Shown: positions 31,167 through 41,170, counted from the whole stretch's first letter. The stretch: DNA of 62,008 bases, filler included, from Sandaracinaceae bacterium (GCA_947483975.1; 4 parts of 4 records of this genome joined end to end with filler, not necessarily neighbours in it); one strand, 5' to 3'. The notes: generated by a model not told the origin, from the sequence alone. Made by a program: numbers and translations.

Positions 31167-32291
31167 CGGCGCGCCGCAGTGCGGGCAGTTGAGCAGCTCC
31201 ATCGCGAACGGGCCGTTGCAGTACTTGCAGAAGAGGCGCCCCGCGATGCTCGCCGGATCGATCAGGCGCAGCTCGGGGTAGTTCTGCTCGAGCTCCGCGG
31301 TGCTCATGCGGTCGTTCTCGACGGCGGGGGACCACACGACCTCGAGCGCGACGAGCGACTCGGCGTCGAGGGAGCCGCGCTCCTGGAGCGCTCCACGGAT
31401 CTGGTTCGCGTCGTTGAGGTTGGTGACCGCGGTGAGCCCGCGGCGCGCCACGATGATGAGCGAGACGACGACGGTGCCCTGCCCCTCGGTCGCCTTCGCG
31501 CGCATCTCGGGCGTCGGGTTCTGCACGACGCTGCCGTCCGCTGCCCGGACGATCTCCTGCCGGAAGCGGGCGCGGGCCTCGCTCGCCGCCCCCTGGAACG
31601 CGGCCTGCGCCTGCGGTCCGCCGAGCGGCGGTCCGGAGTCCTTGTACGCCGCGTAGAGCCACGCGATCTCGGCACGTCGCAGCGCGAGCACGGTCTCGCG
31701 CAGCAGCATCGCGCGCCCTTCCTTGGTGCCCGTCGCGCCGCTCGCCGCGAGCCTCGAGAGCTGCTCCTGCAGCTCCTTGCGCGCGCGCCAGTCGATGCCG
31801 AGCGTCAGCTGGCTGAGGAACATGCCGCCCGTCGCGCCGACGTAGCTCTGACCACCCGTGACGGCCGCCGCGCCGCCCTTCTTCTTGCTGACGATCGCGT
31901 AGACGACGAGCGCGAGGCAGATCATCACGCACATGCAGAACGAGCCCGCGCCGCCCGCCGCGCCCTTGCCGCTGCTGTCGCCCGAGTAGCTGCTCCCCGA
32001 GGACGACGACGACGAGCTCCAGTCGCTGCCGCCCGAGCCGCCCCAGCTGCCGCCGGAGCTACCCGAGCTTCCGCTCGAGCCGGAGTTGGAGAAGTCGCCT
32101 CCGCCGAAGCTCCCGCCCGTCGCCTGGGCGTGCGCCGTGGCGACGACGCCGAGCGGCGCGAGCGCGGAGAGGATGAGCGAGAGCAGGAGCGCGGCGAGCG
32201 CGGTGCGGGTCGGCCGGATGAAGGGCATTGCGGCGGCGACTATCTCACGAGCGCGCGCCGCTGGGGAGACGTGTCGAGCGACCGCGCTCAC
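31167..32291 (-). CDS. DUF1517 (FLAP1-like) protein with C-terminal Zn ribbon, 3' end at contig edge
   Basis: Signal/TM, GGSFGGGDF plus Gly/Ser tract, TM, then ELQ.QL.RLA...T...LLRETVLAL.R and LVALEVVWSP....D.MS..ELE.NYPEL, ending CKYC..CPHCGAP. GTGA overlap at 32288-32291; alternative ATG 32228. Confidence 0.8.
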
Positions 32292-33793
32292 GGGTCACGC
32301 CCGAGCAGCCGCAGGCTGTGCGGCGAGAGCGACGGGTCGACGTAGACGTGCGCGCCGGCGCGGAGCGCGCGCCGCAGCTCGCCCGGCGGCACGGGGCGCT
32401 CCATCAGGTCGAAGAGGCGAAAGCACGCGACCTCCGCGCCGTCGTCGCGGACGAGGTAGATGGTCCGCCCCGGCACCTGCTTCGTGAGGTCCGCGAGCAG
32501 GAGCCGGTCGATCCAGAACGGCAGCACGATGGGCTCGCTGTGCTGCTCGCGCACCTCCGCCGCGACGGCGCGAAGCTGCACGAACGCGGGGTCAGCCCAC
32601 GCGCCGCCGTAGTGGTGCACGACCGTGACGACGGTGCCGACGCCCTGCAGCGCGACGAGCGTCGCGATGAGCCCGACGACGAACGCGCTCGGCTTCGAGC
32701 GCAGCAACAGCACGAGCGCGAAGAGCGCGCCCACCCAGAAGATGTCCCAGCGCTCGATCAGCGCGGGCTCGTAGAGATACGGGAACACGAGCGCCACGCC
32801 GAAGAGCGCAAACAAGTCGAGGCGCGTCGAGAGCGCCGCCCGCAGCGCGCCGCCACGAAAGAGCAGCACCCAGCCGACGAGGCACGCCGCGAGCGCGGCG
32901 AGCAGGTGCGGCAGAGAGCCAGTCAGCACCGCGTAGAGGCCCGGCGTCAGGCGCATCAGGTGCACGCTCGGCGTGAGCGCCGTCGCGCGCAGCCCGCCGA
33001 GGTATTGGTCGAGGCGAGCGAGCGAGAAGAGCGGCGTGCTCGACTGTTGAAAGTCGGTGAGCCGCAGCGCCTGGGGCAGGAATTCGTTGACCGCAGGCAT
33101 CGCGCCCGTGAACGGGACGACGTGCGCGACGTAGTAGACGACGAGCGCCGTGCCGGCGGCGACGGCGAGCCCCGACGCGCGGAGCGGCTCGCGCTTCACG
33201 AGCAGCGGCGTGACCGCGAGCGCGAAGAGCAGCACGAGCAGGGACACATTGATCAGCATCCCGACGGCGAACAGCGCGCCGAGGACCACGCCGCGGCGCA
33301 GCACCGCGCGGCGCTCGCCGCCGCTCTGCGACGCGACGTAGAAGATGCCGAGCACGACGGGCAGATAGAGGACGTTGTCCTCGGCGAGCAGGAACAGCGA
33401 CACCAAGCCCGGGCTGCCGAGCGTCGCCGCCGTGAGCACGAGCGCAGTGGCGGGCAGCGAGAGCCCCTCGCGGCGGCAGATCCACGCGAGCAGCCAGAGA
33501 AACGCCGCGGCGCCGAGCGCCGTCATCACGACGACGGACGTCGCGTCGCGCAGCCCGAGGACCATCAGCGCGCGCATCAGGTAGTGATAGAGGACGTGCC
33601 CGTCGAGGAAGCGCTCGGGCTGATAGTGATGGATGAACTTGAGCCGCCCGTAGGTGTCCCAGTCCCAGAGTCCGACCTCCCCGCGCCGCACGAACACGAG
33701 CGCGGCCGTGAGCGCGGCGAACGCTGCGGCGCCGAGCGACCACGCGCGCGCGCGCTGCCAATTGGTCTGCGGGGGAGCGTCCTCTTGCGTCAT
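32288..33793 (-). CDS. polytopic membrane protein, GT-C fold (ArnT/PMT-like) glycosyltransferase candidate
   Basis: About 11 hydrophobic segments; acidic first-loop motif WDWDTY...GHVLY; AEDN; soluble C-terminal tail; ATGA overlap with the GT2 gene. Confidence 0.5.
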   Translation of the reverse strand: MTQEDAPPQTNWQRARAWSLGAAAFAALTAALVFVRRGEVGLWDWDTYGRLKFIHHYQPERFLDGHVLYHYLMRALMVLGLRDATSVVVMTALGAAAFLWLLAWICRREGLSLPATALVLTAATLGSPGLVSLFLLAEDNVLYLPVVLGIFYVASQSGGERRAVLRRGVVLGALFAVGMLINVSLLVLLFALAVTPLLVKREPLRASGLAVAAGTALVVYYVAHVVPFTGAMPAVNEFLPQALRLTDFQQSSTPLFSLARLDQYLGGLRATALTPSVHLMRLTPGLYAVLTGSLPHLLAALAACLVGWVLLFRGGALRAALSTRLDLFALFGVALVFPYLYEPALIERWDIFWVGALFALVLLLRSKPSAFVVGLIATLVALQGVGTVVTVVHHYGGAWADPAFVQLRAVAAEVREQHSEPIVLPFWIDRLLLADLTKQVPGRTIYLVRDDGAEVACFRLFDLMERPVPPGELRRALRAGAHVYVDPSLSPHSLRLLGRDP

Positions 33794-36700
33794 GATCCGC
33801 GCCTCACGTCGAGCTGCGTTGGGCTGAAGACGACGGGCTCGCTCAGCCGGATGTGGATGGCCTGGCCCGTCGGGGAGAGGTCGCGGCGCAAGTACTCGAG
33901 CGCGCGCCGCTGCATTCGCACGGTCACCTCGCCCGTGCGCGCGCCGAGGTCGATCAGCGTCTCGCGGTACGGATGCGCCGGATAAGCCTGCGTCGCGCCG
34001 TCGTTCCAGCGGACGAAGACCTGCGTCGCGCCGAGCCCTTGCAGCAGGAGCAGCGCGTCCGAACGATGGGTCTCCGGCAGGCGAAAGCGCAGAAACACGA
34101 GCCCCTCGTGGTCGCGCGCGGCCTGCGTGTAGGGCGCGTAGCTCTGCCCGTCGAACGACACCTCGAGCTCCGACACCGCGCGCATCGGCGCGGGCAGCGG
34201 CACCGAGAGACGCTCTCCGCGGCTCGCATAGGACACGCCGTTGACGCGCACGCTCGCCCACGACGCGGGCGCGATCAGCTCGAGCGACTCGCCGCTCGGC
34301 GCGTCGCCGAGGAAGCCGGTCGCCGAGCGCGCGCGGACGTGCACCTGCGGGCTGAGCGGCACCGGCCCAGCGCTCGCGTCCGGCACGCTCAGGCGCGTCC
34401 GGCCGCCCCCGCGCAGCCCCGCGTGCGAGGTGAACGCGAGCTCCACCTCGAGCAGCGGATAGCCGGGCACGCTGCGCAGCAGCTCGAGCGGCAAGTCGAC
34501 GACGCGCGCCTCCTCGGGCGCGAGCTCGCCGACGTCCCACGGGCGCCCAGCCAGGGTGAGCACGACGCCCCGCAGCGCATAGCGGCGCCGGTTCTGCACG
34601 CGCACGGGCACCGTCTCCTGCGCCGGGTCGACGCGCGCGCCGAGCGCCTCGAGATCCACGTCCGCGAGCAGCCAAGCGAGCGTGTCGAGCTCGGGCTTCG
34701 GCTGGTTTCGCTCGTCCCAGAAGCCGCGCCGATCGTCCGGCATCTCGGGCGTCCACGGGTCGTTGAAGCTCCCCGGCGGGACCGCCTGCGCCCAGTTGTC
34801 GTTCGACGAGTAGAACACCGCGCCCGACGCGTGCAGCTCACCGAGCGCGGCCCACTGCTGCGTCAACCGCCACTGCCGCAGCGCCGTGGGCGGTCGCTCG
34901 TAGAACGCGACGAAGCCCCCGAGCTCGCTCGCGTAGAACGGGCGCCCGGAGCTCGGCAGCGCGCGCAGCGCCTCGCGCCAGTAAGTGTCGCCGGAGTCGA
35001 GCATGTTGATCCCGAGGACCTCCACCGGATAGTCGAGGAACGTCGCGAACGTCGAGTAAGTCGTGGGCACTTGGTGCGGAGCGCGGCGCGCGGTGCGGAT
35101 CATCCGCGTGATCGCGTCGACGGTGGGCGCGCGACGGTCATCGATCTCGAGCTCGTTGCCGACGTTGAGCATCAGCGCGAAGGGGAAGCCATCGAGGGAC
35201 TCGCCGAGCTCCTGCCAGCGACGCTCGTAGGCGCGGCGGTCGCGCGCGCTGGTCGGGTCGAGGGCGTCCCAGCTCGATTGCTCAGGCTGCGCGATGATGA
35301 GCAGCTGACTCAGTCGCGCGGCCGCGAGGAGCGCGTCAGTCGGCGGGTGATAGAGGCGAATCGCGTTCACGCCGACGCGCCGAAGCTGCCGATAGCCGTC
35401 CGCCGCCGAGAGCCCGAGCGCGGGCGCCGAGAACGTCGGCACCATGCCCTTGACGAGGAAGGGCTCACCGTTGACGCGCAGCTCGCGCCCGCTCGCGTCG
35501 ACGACGCTCGTCGCGATCTCTTGGTCCATCACGCACTGCACGCCCGTCCCCGACAAGACCATGCGGACGAGGTGCGACTCCCAGCCGACGGGGCGCGAGA
35601 AGCGCAGATGGTGCACGCTCGGTCGCGCCGACGCGGGCAGGCTCACGGTGTCGATCAGGGCTCCATCGAGGAAGGTGCGCAGCGCCCGCGGCTGCGCGCC
35701 CGCGGGCACTTTGCCGACGACGTCCACCTCGACCGTGCCGTCCGCGAGCGCCTTGTGCACCTCGAGCAGCAGCAGCGGCGCGTACTGTCGCGCGGCGAAG
35801 AGCGGCTCCCAAAGCAGCGCGCGCTCCTCGTCGCACGGGCCGACGGAGAACACCTCGTTCGCGACGGCGACCCCGAGCGCGAAGAGCGCGACCCACAGCA
35901 CGTACGTGATGCCGCGCTTGCGCTCGCGCGTGACGGCGAACTGCGCGTGCAGCGCCGGCTCCACGGCGCCGCGCGCGTACTCGTTGGTGCGGTCGATGCG
36001 CGACCACTCGCTGTGCCCGAGCGCGTAGTCCGAGAGCCCGAGCAGCGCGCTCAGGAGCTCGAAGAACACGACGAGCGGCGAGGTCACGACGAACACGAGC
36101 AGGTCCCGGAGCGGCGTCGGGCGCAGGAGCAGCCACGCGGTCACCACCGTGGCGAGCCCGAGCACGAAGAGCCCGCCCTGCGCCGCCCAGAGGCTCCCCT
36201 GGTAGGGGAACGACGTGAGGAAGTAGTACGTCTCGCGCTCGAAGAGCCGATAGAAGAACGCGCCCGCCATGCTCAGGTGCGGCGCGACGGCGAGCCAGCA
36301 GACGAGCGCGTCGCGCGCCTTCGTGCGCCGCCGCCACGACAGGTAGAGCGTCAGCGCGAGCGCGACGAGCGCCGAGAGCAGCAGCAGGAGCGCCCGCACC
36401 CAGGCCGTGAACTGAAAAAAGTAATAGAGGCCCTGCGCGAAGAAGAAGGCATTGACGGAAAGCGGGACGAGATAGAATTGCCCGAGCAGACCTGCTTGTA
36501 GGCGCTGCGGCCACGGCAGCCGACTGCGCGCGAGCGAGCGCAGGTGCGCGAAGAACGCGTGCGTGTGCCCGGCCGCCCAGCGCCGACGCCGGAGGACGAA
36601 GCTCGGGACGTTCGGCGTCGTCTCCTCCAGCGAGCCGACCCGCGGGTCGTACGCGATGCGATGGCCAGCCAGCGTCAGCGCGACGGTGAGCCAGGTGTCC

Positions 36701-37422
36701 TCGGTGATGCACTCGGCGAACGGCACGCGCGCGAGCACCTCACGACGAAAGACGGCGGTGCTCCCGGTGAAGCTCACCTGGCCGAACGTCGCCCACGCCG
36801 CCTGGTTGAAGAGCTCGAACACCGTGTGCGAGAGCAGCGCGTCCCACGCCTGCGCGAGCCGGTCGGCGCCGAGCGGGAGCTTGCGACACTGCACGCCGGC
36901 GGCCCCATGGCGCTCGAGCGTCGTGAGCGCAGAGCTGAGCCAGCCGCTCACGGCCCGGTGGTCGGCGTCGAGCATCGCGACGAAGTCGCCCTCGAAGCGC
37001 TCGACCGCGAAGTTGAGCTTCTGGTGCTTGGCGCGGTGCCCCGTCGCGACGACGCGCACCTGCCGCTCGGGCGTGTCGAGCAGCCACTGCACGCGCCCGT
37101 CGGCCTCCTCGCGCCGGCCCTCGAGCACCGTGCGCAGGGCGGCGACCGACACATCCTCGAAGTCCTCGACGAGCACGCAGATCGAGACGCGGCCCGCGTA
37201 GTCCTGCGCGAGCAGCGTGCGCACGGTGTCGATGAGCGCCGCGCCCTCGTGATGCGATGGGACGAGCGCGAGCACGCTGCCCCGCGCGCGCGTCTCAGGC
37301 TCGACGGGCTGCCTGCGACGCCAGCCCTGCGTCAGCGCGAGGCCGTTCAGACCGACCCAATACACGCTGAAATACGCGAGCAGCGCGAGGCTCAGCGAGA
37401 GCAGCGAGGCGGAGAGCGTCAT
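33790..37422 (-). CDS. processive GT2 glycosyltransferase fused to a GH2-like (clan GH-A) TIM-barrel glycoside hydrolase
   Basis: GT2 part: LVPSHHE, K..KLN, MLDADH, FTGSTAVFRR, ITEDT, RRRRWAAG, then 6-7 TM helices. GH part: NGEPFLVKG, GVNAIRLYHP, NVGNEL, PFYASELGG, GFWDERNQPKP. Confidence 0.85.
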   Translation of the reverse strand: MTLSASLLSLSLALLAYFSVYWVGLNGLALTQGWRRRQPVEPETRARGSVLALVPSHHEGAALIDTVRTLLAQDYAGRVSICVLVEDFEDVSVAALRTVLEGRREEADGRVQWLLDTPERQVRVVATGHRAKHQKLNFAVERFEGDFVAMLDADHRAVSGWLSSALTTLERHGAAGVQCRKLPLGADRLAQAWDALLSHTVFELFNQAAWATFGQVSFTGSTAVFRREVLARVPFAECITEDTWLTVALTLAGHRIAYDPRVGSLEETTPNVPSFVLRRRRWAAGHTHAFFAHLRSLARSRLPWPQRLQAGLLGQFYLVPLSVNAFFFAQGLYYFFQFTAWVRALLLLLSALVALALTLYLSWRRRTKARDALVCWLAVAPHLSMAGAFFYRLFERETYYFLTSFPYQGSLWAAQGGLFVLGLATVVTAWLLLRPTPLRDLLVFVVTSPLVVFFELLSALLGLSDYALGHSEWSRIDRTNEYARGAVEPALHAQFAVTRERKRGITYVLWVALFALGVAVANEVFSVGPCDEERALLWEPLFAARQYAPLLLLEVHKALADGTVEVDVVGKVPAGAQPRALRTFLDGALIDTVSLPASARPSVHHLRFSRPVGWESHLVRMVLSGTGVQCVMDQEIATSVVDASGRELRVNGEPFLVKGMVPTFSAPALGLSAADGYRQLRRVGVNAIRLYHPPTDALLAAARLSQLLIIAQPEQSSWDALDPTSARDRRAYERRWQELGESLDGFPFALMLNVGNELEIDDRRAPTVDAITRMIRTARRAPHQVPTTYSTFATFLDYPVEVLGINMLDSGDTYWREALRALPSSGRPFYASELGGFVAFYERPPTALRQWRLTQQWAALGELHASGAVFYSSNDNWAQAVPPGSFNDPWTPEMPDDRRGFWDERNQPKPELDTLAWLLADVDLEALGARVDPAQETVPVRVQNRRRYALRGVVLTLAGRPWDVGELAPEEARVVDLPLELLRSVPGYPLLEVELAFTSHAGLRGGGRTRLSVPDASAGPVPLSPQVHVRARSATGFLGDAPSGESLELIAPASWASVRVNGVSYASRGERLSVPLPAPMRAVSELEVSFDGQSYAPYTQAARDHEGLVFLRFRLPETHRSDALLLLQGLGATQVFVRWNDGATQAYPAHPYRETLIDLGARTGEVTVRMQRRALEYLRRDLSPTGQAIHIRLSEPVVFSPTQLDVRRGS

Positions 37423-37469
37423 CAGGGAGTGGCTACGGCGGTGCTACGGCGGCGCGCCGCCCGGGTCGC

Positions 37470-38216
37470 TCAGGGCACGACGAGGCAGGAGTCGAGCCCG
37501 TGGCAGCTCGAGGTCGGAGCGACGCAGTCCTCGGGGTCTGCGCTGCCCTCGCGCAGCGGATCCCCGCAAGAGCCCGAGGTGCCGTAGCCGCAGAGGCACT
37601 CCGCCGGCGCGCACGCGCGAACGCGGCAGTCGAAGTCCACGCACTCGCAGTGGCTCGACTCGCACGCAGCGTCGCTGGTGCACGCGGCACCCACCGTGAG
37701 CAGCGGCCCGGCGTCCACGCCCCCGTCGTGCGCGAGCGGCACGTCGATGAACGGCGGCAGCGTGATCGGATCGACCTCGGCGGGCACGCACGCGCCGCTC
37801 GGCGAGCAGGTCTCTCCCTCGGCGCAGACGACGCCGACGCACGCCGACGCGAGCACGATGCGCACGACGAGGCGACGCCCCTCGATGAAGCTCGTGCGCA
37901 CCTCGGCGAAGACCCGGCGCGTGCCCGAGAGCAGCCCCGCCGCACGGATCGTGACGGCGGAATTCCCCGGCGTGTTCGGTCGGAGCCCGAGCGTCACGGG
38001 GAGGTACACGGAGTTCGGCCCAGTGAGCATGGCGCTCGAACTGGTGGGAATTCCGGCCGGCCCCTCGATCTGGAGCGAGATCTCGTCGATGGCGGCCGGC
38101 ACCGGCAGGTCGCTCTCGACGACGACCACGATCTCGGTCAGCTCGTTCTTGGCGCAGGAGCCGAGCAGGAGCCAGAAAGCCAAGCCGAAGAAGACGAGGC
38201 GGCGCGGCGCGGACAT
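37470..38216 (-). CDS. lipoprotein with beta-sandwich and Cys-rich C-terminus
   Basis: Lipobox LLGSC; TEIVVVVESDL.VP...; many C-terminal Cys. Confidence 0.7.
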   Translation of the reverse strand: MSAPRRLVFFGLAFWLLLGSCAKNELTEIVVVVESDLPVPAAIDEISLQIEGPAGIPTSSSAMLTGPNSVYLPVTLGLRPNTPGNSAVTIRAAGLLSGTRRVFAEVRTSFIEGRRLVVRIVLASACVGVVCAEGETCSPSGACVPAEVDPITLPPFIDVPLAHDGGVDAGPLLTVGAACTSDAACESSHCECVDFDCRVRACAPAECLCGYGTSGSCGDPLREGSADPEDCVAPTSSCHGLDSCLVVP

Positions 38217-38289
38217 GCGCGCGACATTATCACGCCGCTCCCGCTCGAACCAGCGCGTCGTCGAGGTGTGTTCCGTAGGCTGCACCGCG

Positions 38290-39009
38290 TCAGACCATCG
38301 TCAGCAGCGCGTCGTCGTCGAGGTGCGGCGTGGCGTTGAAGACGCTGAGCGAAGCGCGCTCCCCCGAGAAGCGCAGCTCACAGGTGGACGCGTTTCGGAT
38401 CGCGAAGCTGAGGTCCATCGCGCGCGCATCGTCGAGCCCGAGCGCGTCGGAGACCGCCGCCGCCATCGTGCCGCCTGACGTGAACGCCGCGAGGCGCTGT
38501 CCGTGCTGCGCGCGCCCGAGCATCGTGCGCACGCCGCCGCGCACTCGCGCTCGAAACGCGTGAAACGCCTCCGGCCCGCCCGCGCGCTCGGGCACCTCGC
38601 CCTGCGCCCAGGCGTGCATCACGCGGCGGAACACGCGCAGAAACTCGTCGGTCGGCGCGTCCCCTCGCGCGATGCGCTCGACCATCGCCGCGAGCTCGAG
38701 GTCCTTCTGCGCGAGCGCCGGGATCGCCTCCGAGACGACCGTGATGCCGTGATGCTCGTCGAGCGCGTCGAGCGGCTGCGGCGCGGGCAGCGCGAGCTCG
38801 TGCGCGGCGTACGCGGCGACGACCTCCGCGTGCGTCTGCGCGTGCCGCTTCCTCGGGCCGACGTAGACGTGATCGAAGCGCCTCGCGCGCGCCGCCCAGT
38901 AGTCGCCGAGCAGGCGCGCTTGCCGCGTGCCGAGCGGCGAGAGCTGATCGTAGTCGCCCTTCGTCAGCGACGACGCCTGTCCGTGTCGAACGAGGACGAG
39001 CGTGCCCAT
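38290..39009 (-). CDS. histidine phosphatase / phosphoglycerate mutase family protein
   Basis: LVLVRHGQAS, YDQLS.LG..QA, R..QT, FTSGG, FN..PHL. Confidence 0.9.
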   Translation of the reverse strand: MGTLVLVRHGQASSLTKGDYDQLSPLGTRQARLLGDYWAARARRFDHVYVGPRKRHAQTHAEVVAAYAAHELALPAPQPLDALDEHHGITVVSEAIPALAQKDLELAAMVERIARGDAPTDEFLRVFRRVMHAWAQGEVPERAGGPEAFHAFRARVRGGVRTMLGRAQHGQRLAAFTSGGTMAAAVSDALGLDDARAMDLSFAIRNASTCELRFSGERASLSVFNATPHLDDDALLTMV

Positions 39010-39023
39010 GAGGCTCTCCGTGG

Positions 39024-41060
39024 TCAAAGCAGCCCCGAGCGCACGAGCATCGCGTCCGGATCGGGGTCGCGCCCCATGAACGCACGGTAGAGCACGAGCG
39101 GGTCTTCGCCGTCGCCGCGCGCGAGCAGCTCGCTGCGGAACGACGCGCCGACCTCGCGGCTGAAGATGCCCTCCGCGCGAAAGCGGGTGAAGGCGTCGGC
39201 GTCGAGCACCTCGGCCCACTTGTACGAGTAGTACGCGGCCGCATAGCCGACCGGGCTGCCGAAGAGATGCCCGAAGCTCGCGATCATCGCGTAGTCCTCG
39301 GGCAGCGCGGTCACGCTGTGCTGCGCGATGATGCTCCGCGCGTACGCGATGACGTCGCCGTCGCGCGCCGGGTCGTAGCGGCGGTGCAGCCCGAGGTCGA
39401 CGGCGCCGAAGCCGAGCTGCCGCATCTGATCGGTCGCGGCGCGGAAGTTCTTCGCGCGGAGCAGCTTGTCGAAGAGCGCGTCGGGCACGCGCTCGCCCGA
39501 GTCGAGGTGCCGCGCGACGAGGTCGAGGCCTTCGCGCTCCCAGCACCAATTCTCCATGATCTGCGAGGGAAGCTCGACGAAGTCCCACGCGACGCGCGTG
39601 CCCGCGAGCGAGCGCACCTCGACGCCCGAGAGCAAGTGGTGGAGCAGGTGCCCGAACTCGTGAAAGAGCGTCTCGAGCTCGCGGTGCGTGAGCAGCGAGA
39701 CGCCCGCCGCCGACGGCGGCGTGAGGTTCGCGCAGATCGTCGCGGCGTGCGGCGTGCCCGGGAGGCTCGTGACGAAGGGGCCCATCCAGGCGCCGTCGCG
39801 CTTGGTCTCGCGCGGAAAGAGGTCGAGGTAGAAGTAGCCGAGGAGCGCGCCGCCTTCGTCGCGCATCGCGTACGCGCGCACGCGCTCGTGCCAAACGGGC
39901 GCGTCCGAGAGCGACTCGACGCGCACGCCGTAGAGCCTGTGCGCGACCTCGAACACGCCCTCGATCGCCTGCTCGACAGGCAGGTACGGGCGCAGCACCT
40001 CCTCGTCGAAGTCGTAGAGCGCGCGGCGCTGCTTCTCGGCGTAGAACGCGACGTCCCAGGGCGCGAGCGCGGGCGCGTCGCTCCCCTCGAGCTGCCGGCG
40101 ATACTCGCCGAGTTCGCGCGTCTCGCGCTCGAACGCGGGGCGCGTCTTCTGCTCGAGCCGCGCGAGAAAGGCGTCCGCCGTCGCGCCGTTCTTCGCCATG
40201 CGGTCAGCGAGCACGTAGTCGGCGAAGTCGCGGAAGCCGAGCAGCAGCGCCTGCTCGTGCCGCAGCGCGACGACCTTTGCGACGAGCGCGCGGTTGTCGT
40301 GCGGGCCGCTCGTCGCCCGCGTCGCGAAGGCGTGCCAGAGCGCCTCGCGCAGCGTGCGGTCCTCGCAGTACGTCAGCACCGCGAGGTAGCTCGGCGCGTC
40401 GAGCCCGAAGCGCCAGCCTGCGCGCCCGCGCGCCTCTGCGCCCGCGAGCGCCGCCGCCCGGGCGCGGTCCGGTAGACCGTCGAGGCGGGACGCGTCCTCC
40501 ACGATCAGCTCGAACGCCGCGGTCGAGTCGACGACGTTCTGCGAGAACTTCGAGGTCACCTCGGCGAGCTGCACGCTGAGCGCGCGCAGGCGGTCCTTGC
40601 CCGCCGGGTCGAGGTCCGCGCCGCTCCGCCGGAACTCGTCGAGCGTCTTCTCGAGGAAGCGCTTGCGCGTGCCCGTCAGGTGCTTGGCGTCGGGCGTCTC
40701 GGCGTACGCCTTGAGCGCGGACCAGAGCTTCGGGTCGAGGGGGATTCCCGCGTAGAACTCGCTCACCGCGGGTCGCACCGCGTCGTAGGCCGCGCGAATC
40801 GCCGGGCCCGTGCAGGTCGCCTCGAGGTGCGAGACCAACGACATCACGACCTCGAGCCGCGCCGTCGCCTCGTCGAGCACGCCGAGCACCGCGGCGTAGT
40901 CGCGCGCGGCACCGTCGGCGCCGATCGAGCCGAGCGCAGCGCGCGCCTCGGCGAGCAGCGCGCCGACGGCGGGCTCGATCAGCTCGGGGTGCAGCTCGCC
41001 CCAACGCACGGGCATAGCGAGACTCAGGAAGGGATTCGTCGAGGCGTTCGCCGTGCTCAC
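39024..41060 (-). CDS. prlC: oligopeptidase A (peptidase M3)
   Basis: FYLDLFPRE.K..GAWM, TLFHEFGHLLH, WDFVELPSQIMENW, YAAAYYSYKWAEVLDADAF, F.GR.P. GTG start at 41060 is my choice. Confidence 0.92.
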   Translation of the reverse strand: MSTANASTNPFLSLAMPVRWGELHPELIEPAVGALLAEARAALGSIGADGAARDYAAVLGVLDEATARLEVVMSLVSHLEATCTGPAIRAAYDAVRPAVSEFYAGIPLDPKLWSALKAYAETPDAKHLTGTRKRFLEKTLDEFRRSGADLDPAGKDRLRALSVQLAEVTSKFSQNVVDSTAAFELIVEDASRLDGLPDRARAAALAGAEARGRAGWRFGLDAPSYLAVLTYCEDRTLREALWHAFATRATSGPHDNRALVAKVVALRHEQALLLGFRDFADYVLADRMAKNGATADAFLARLEQKTRPAFERETRELGEYRRQLEGSDAPALAPWDVAFYAEKQRRALYDFDEEVLRPYLPVEQAIEGVFEVAHRLYGVRVESLSDAPVWHERVRAYAMRDEGGALLGYFYLDLFPRETKRDGAWMGPFVTSLPGTPHAATICANLTPPSAAGVSLLTHRELETLFHEFGHLLHHLLSGVEVRSLAGTRVAWDFVELPSQIMENWCWEREGLDLVARHLDSGERVPDALFDKLLRAKNFRAATDQMRQLGFGAVDLGLHRRYDPARDGDVIAYARSIIAQHSVTALPEDYAMIASFGHLFGSPVGYAAAYYSYKWAEVLDADAFTRFRAEGIFSREVGASFRSELLARGDGEDPLVLYRAFMGRDPDPDAMLVRSGLL

Positions 41061-41170
41061 GAGCGGGTCATAGGGCACGGGCGGGGGCGACCGCAAGTGA
41101 GGCGCGTCGTGGGCGCCCGCCGCGGCGCGCCAGCCTTCCACCGGCGGCGGACGTATGGCACCGTGCGCGC

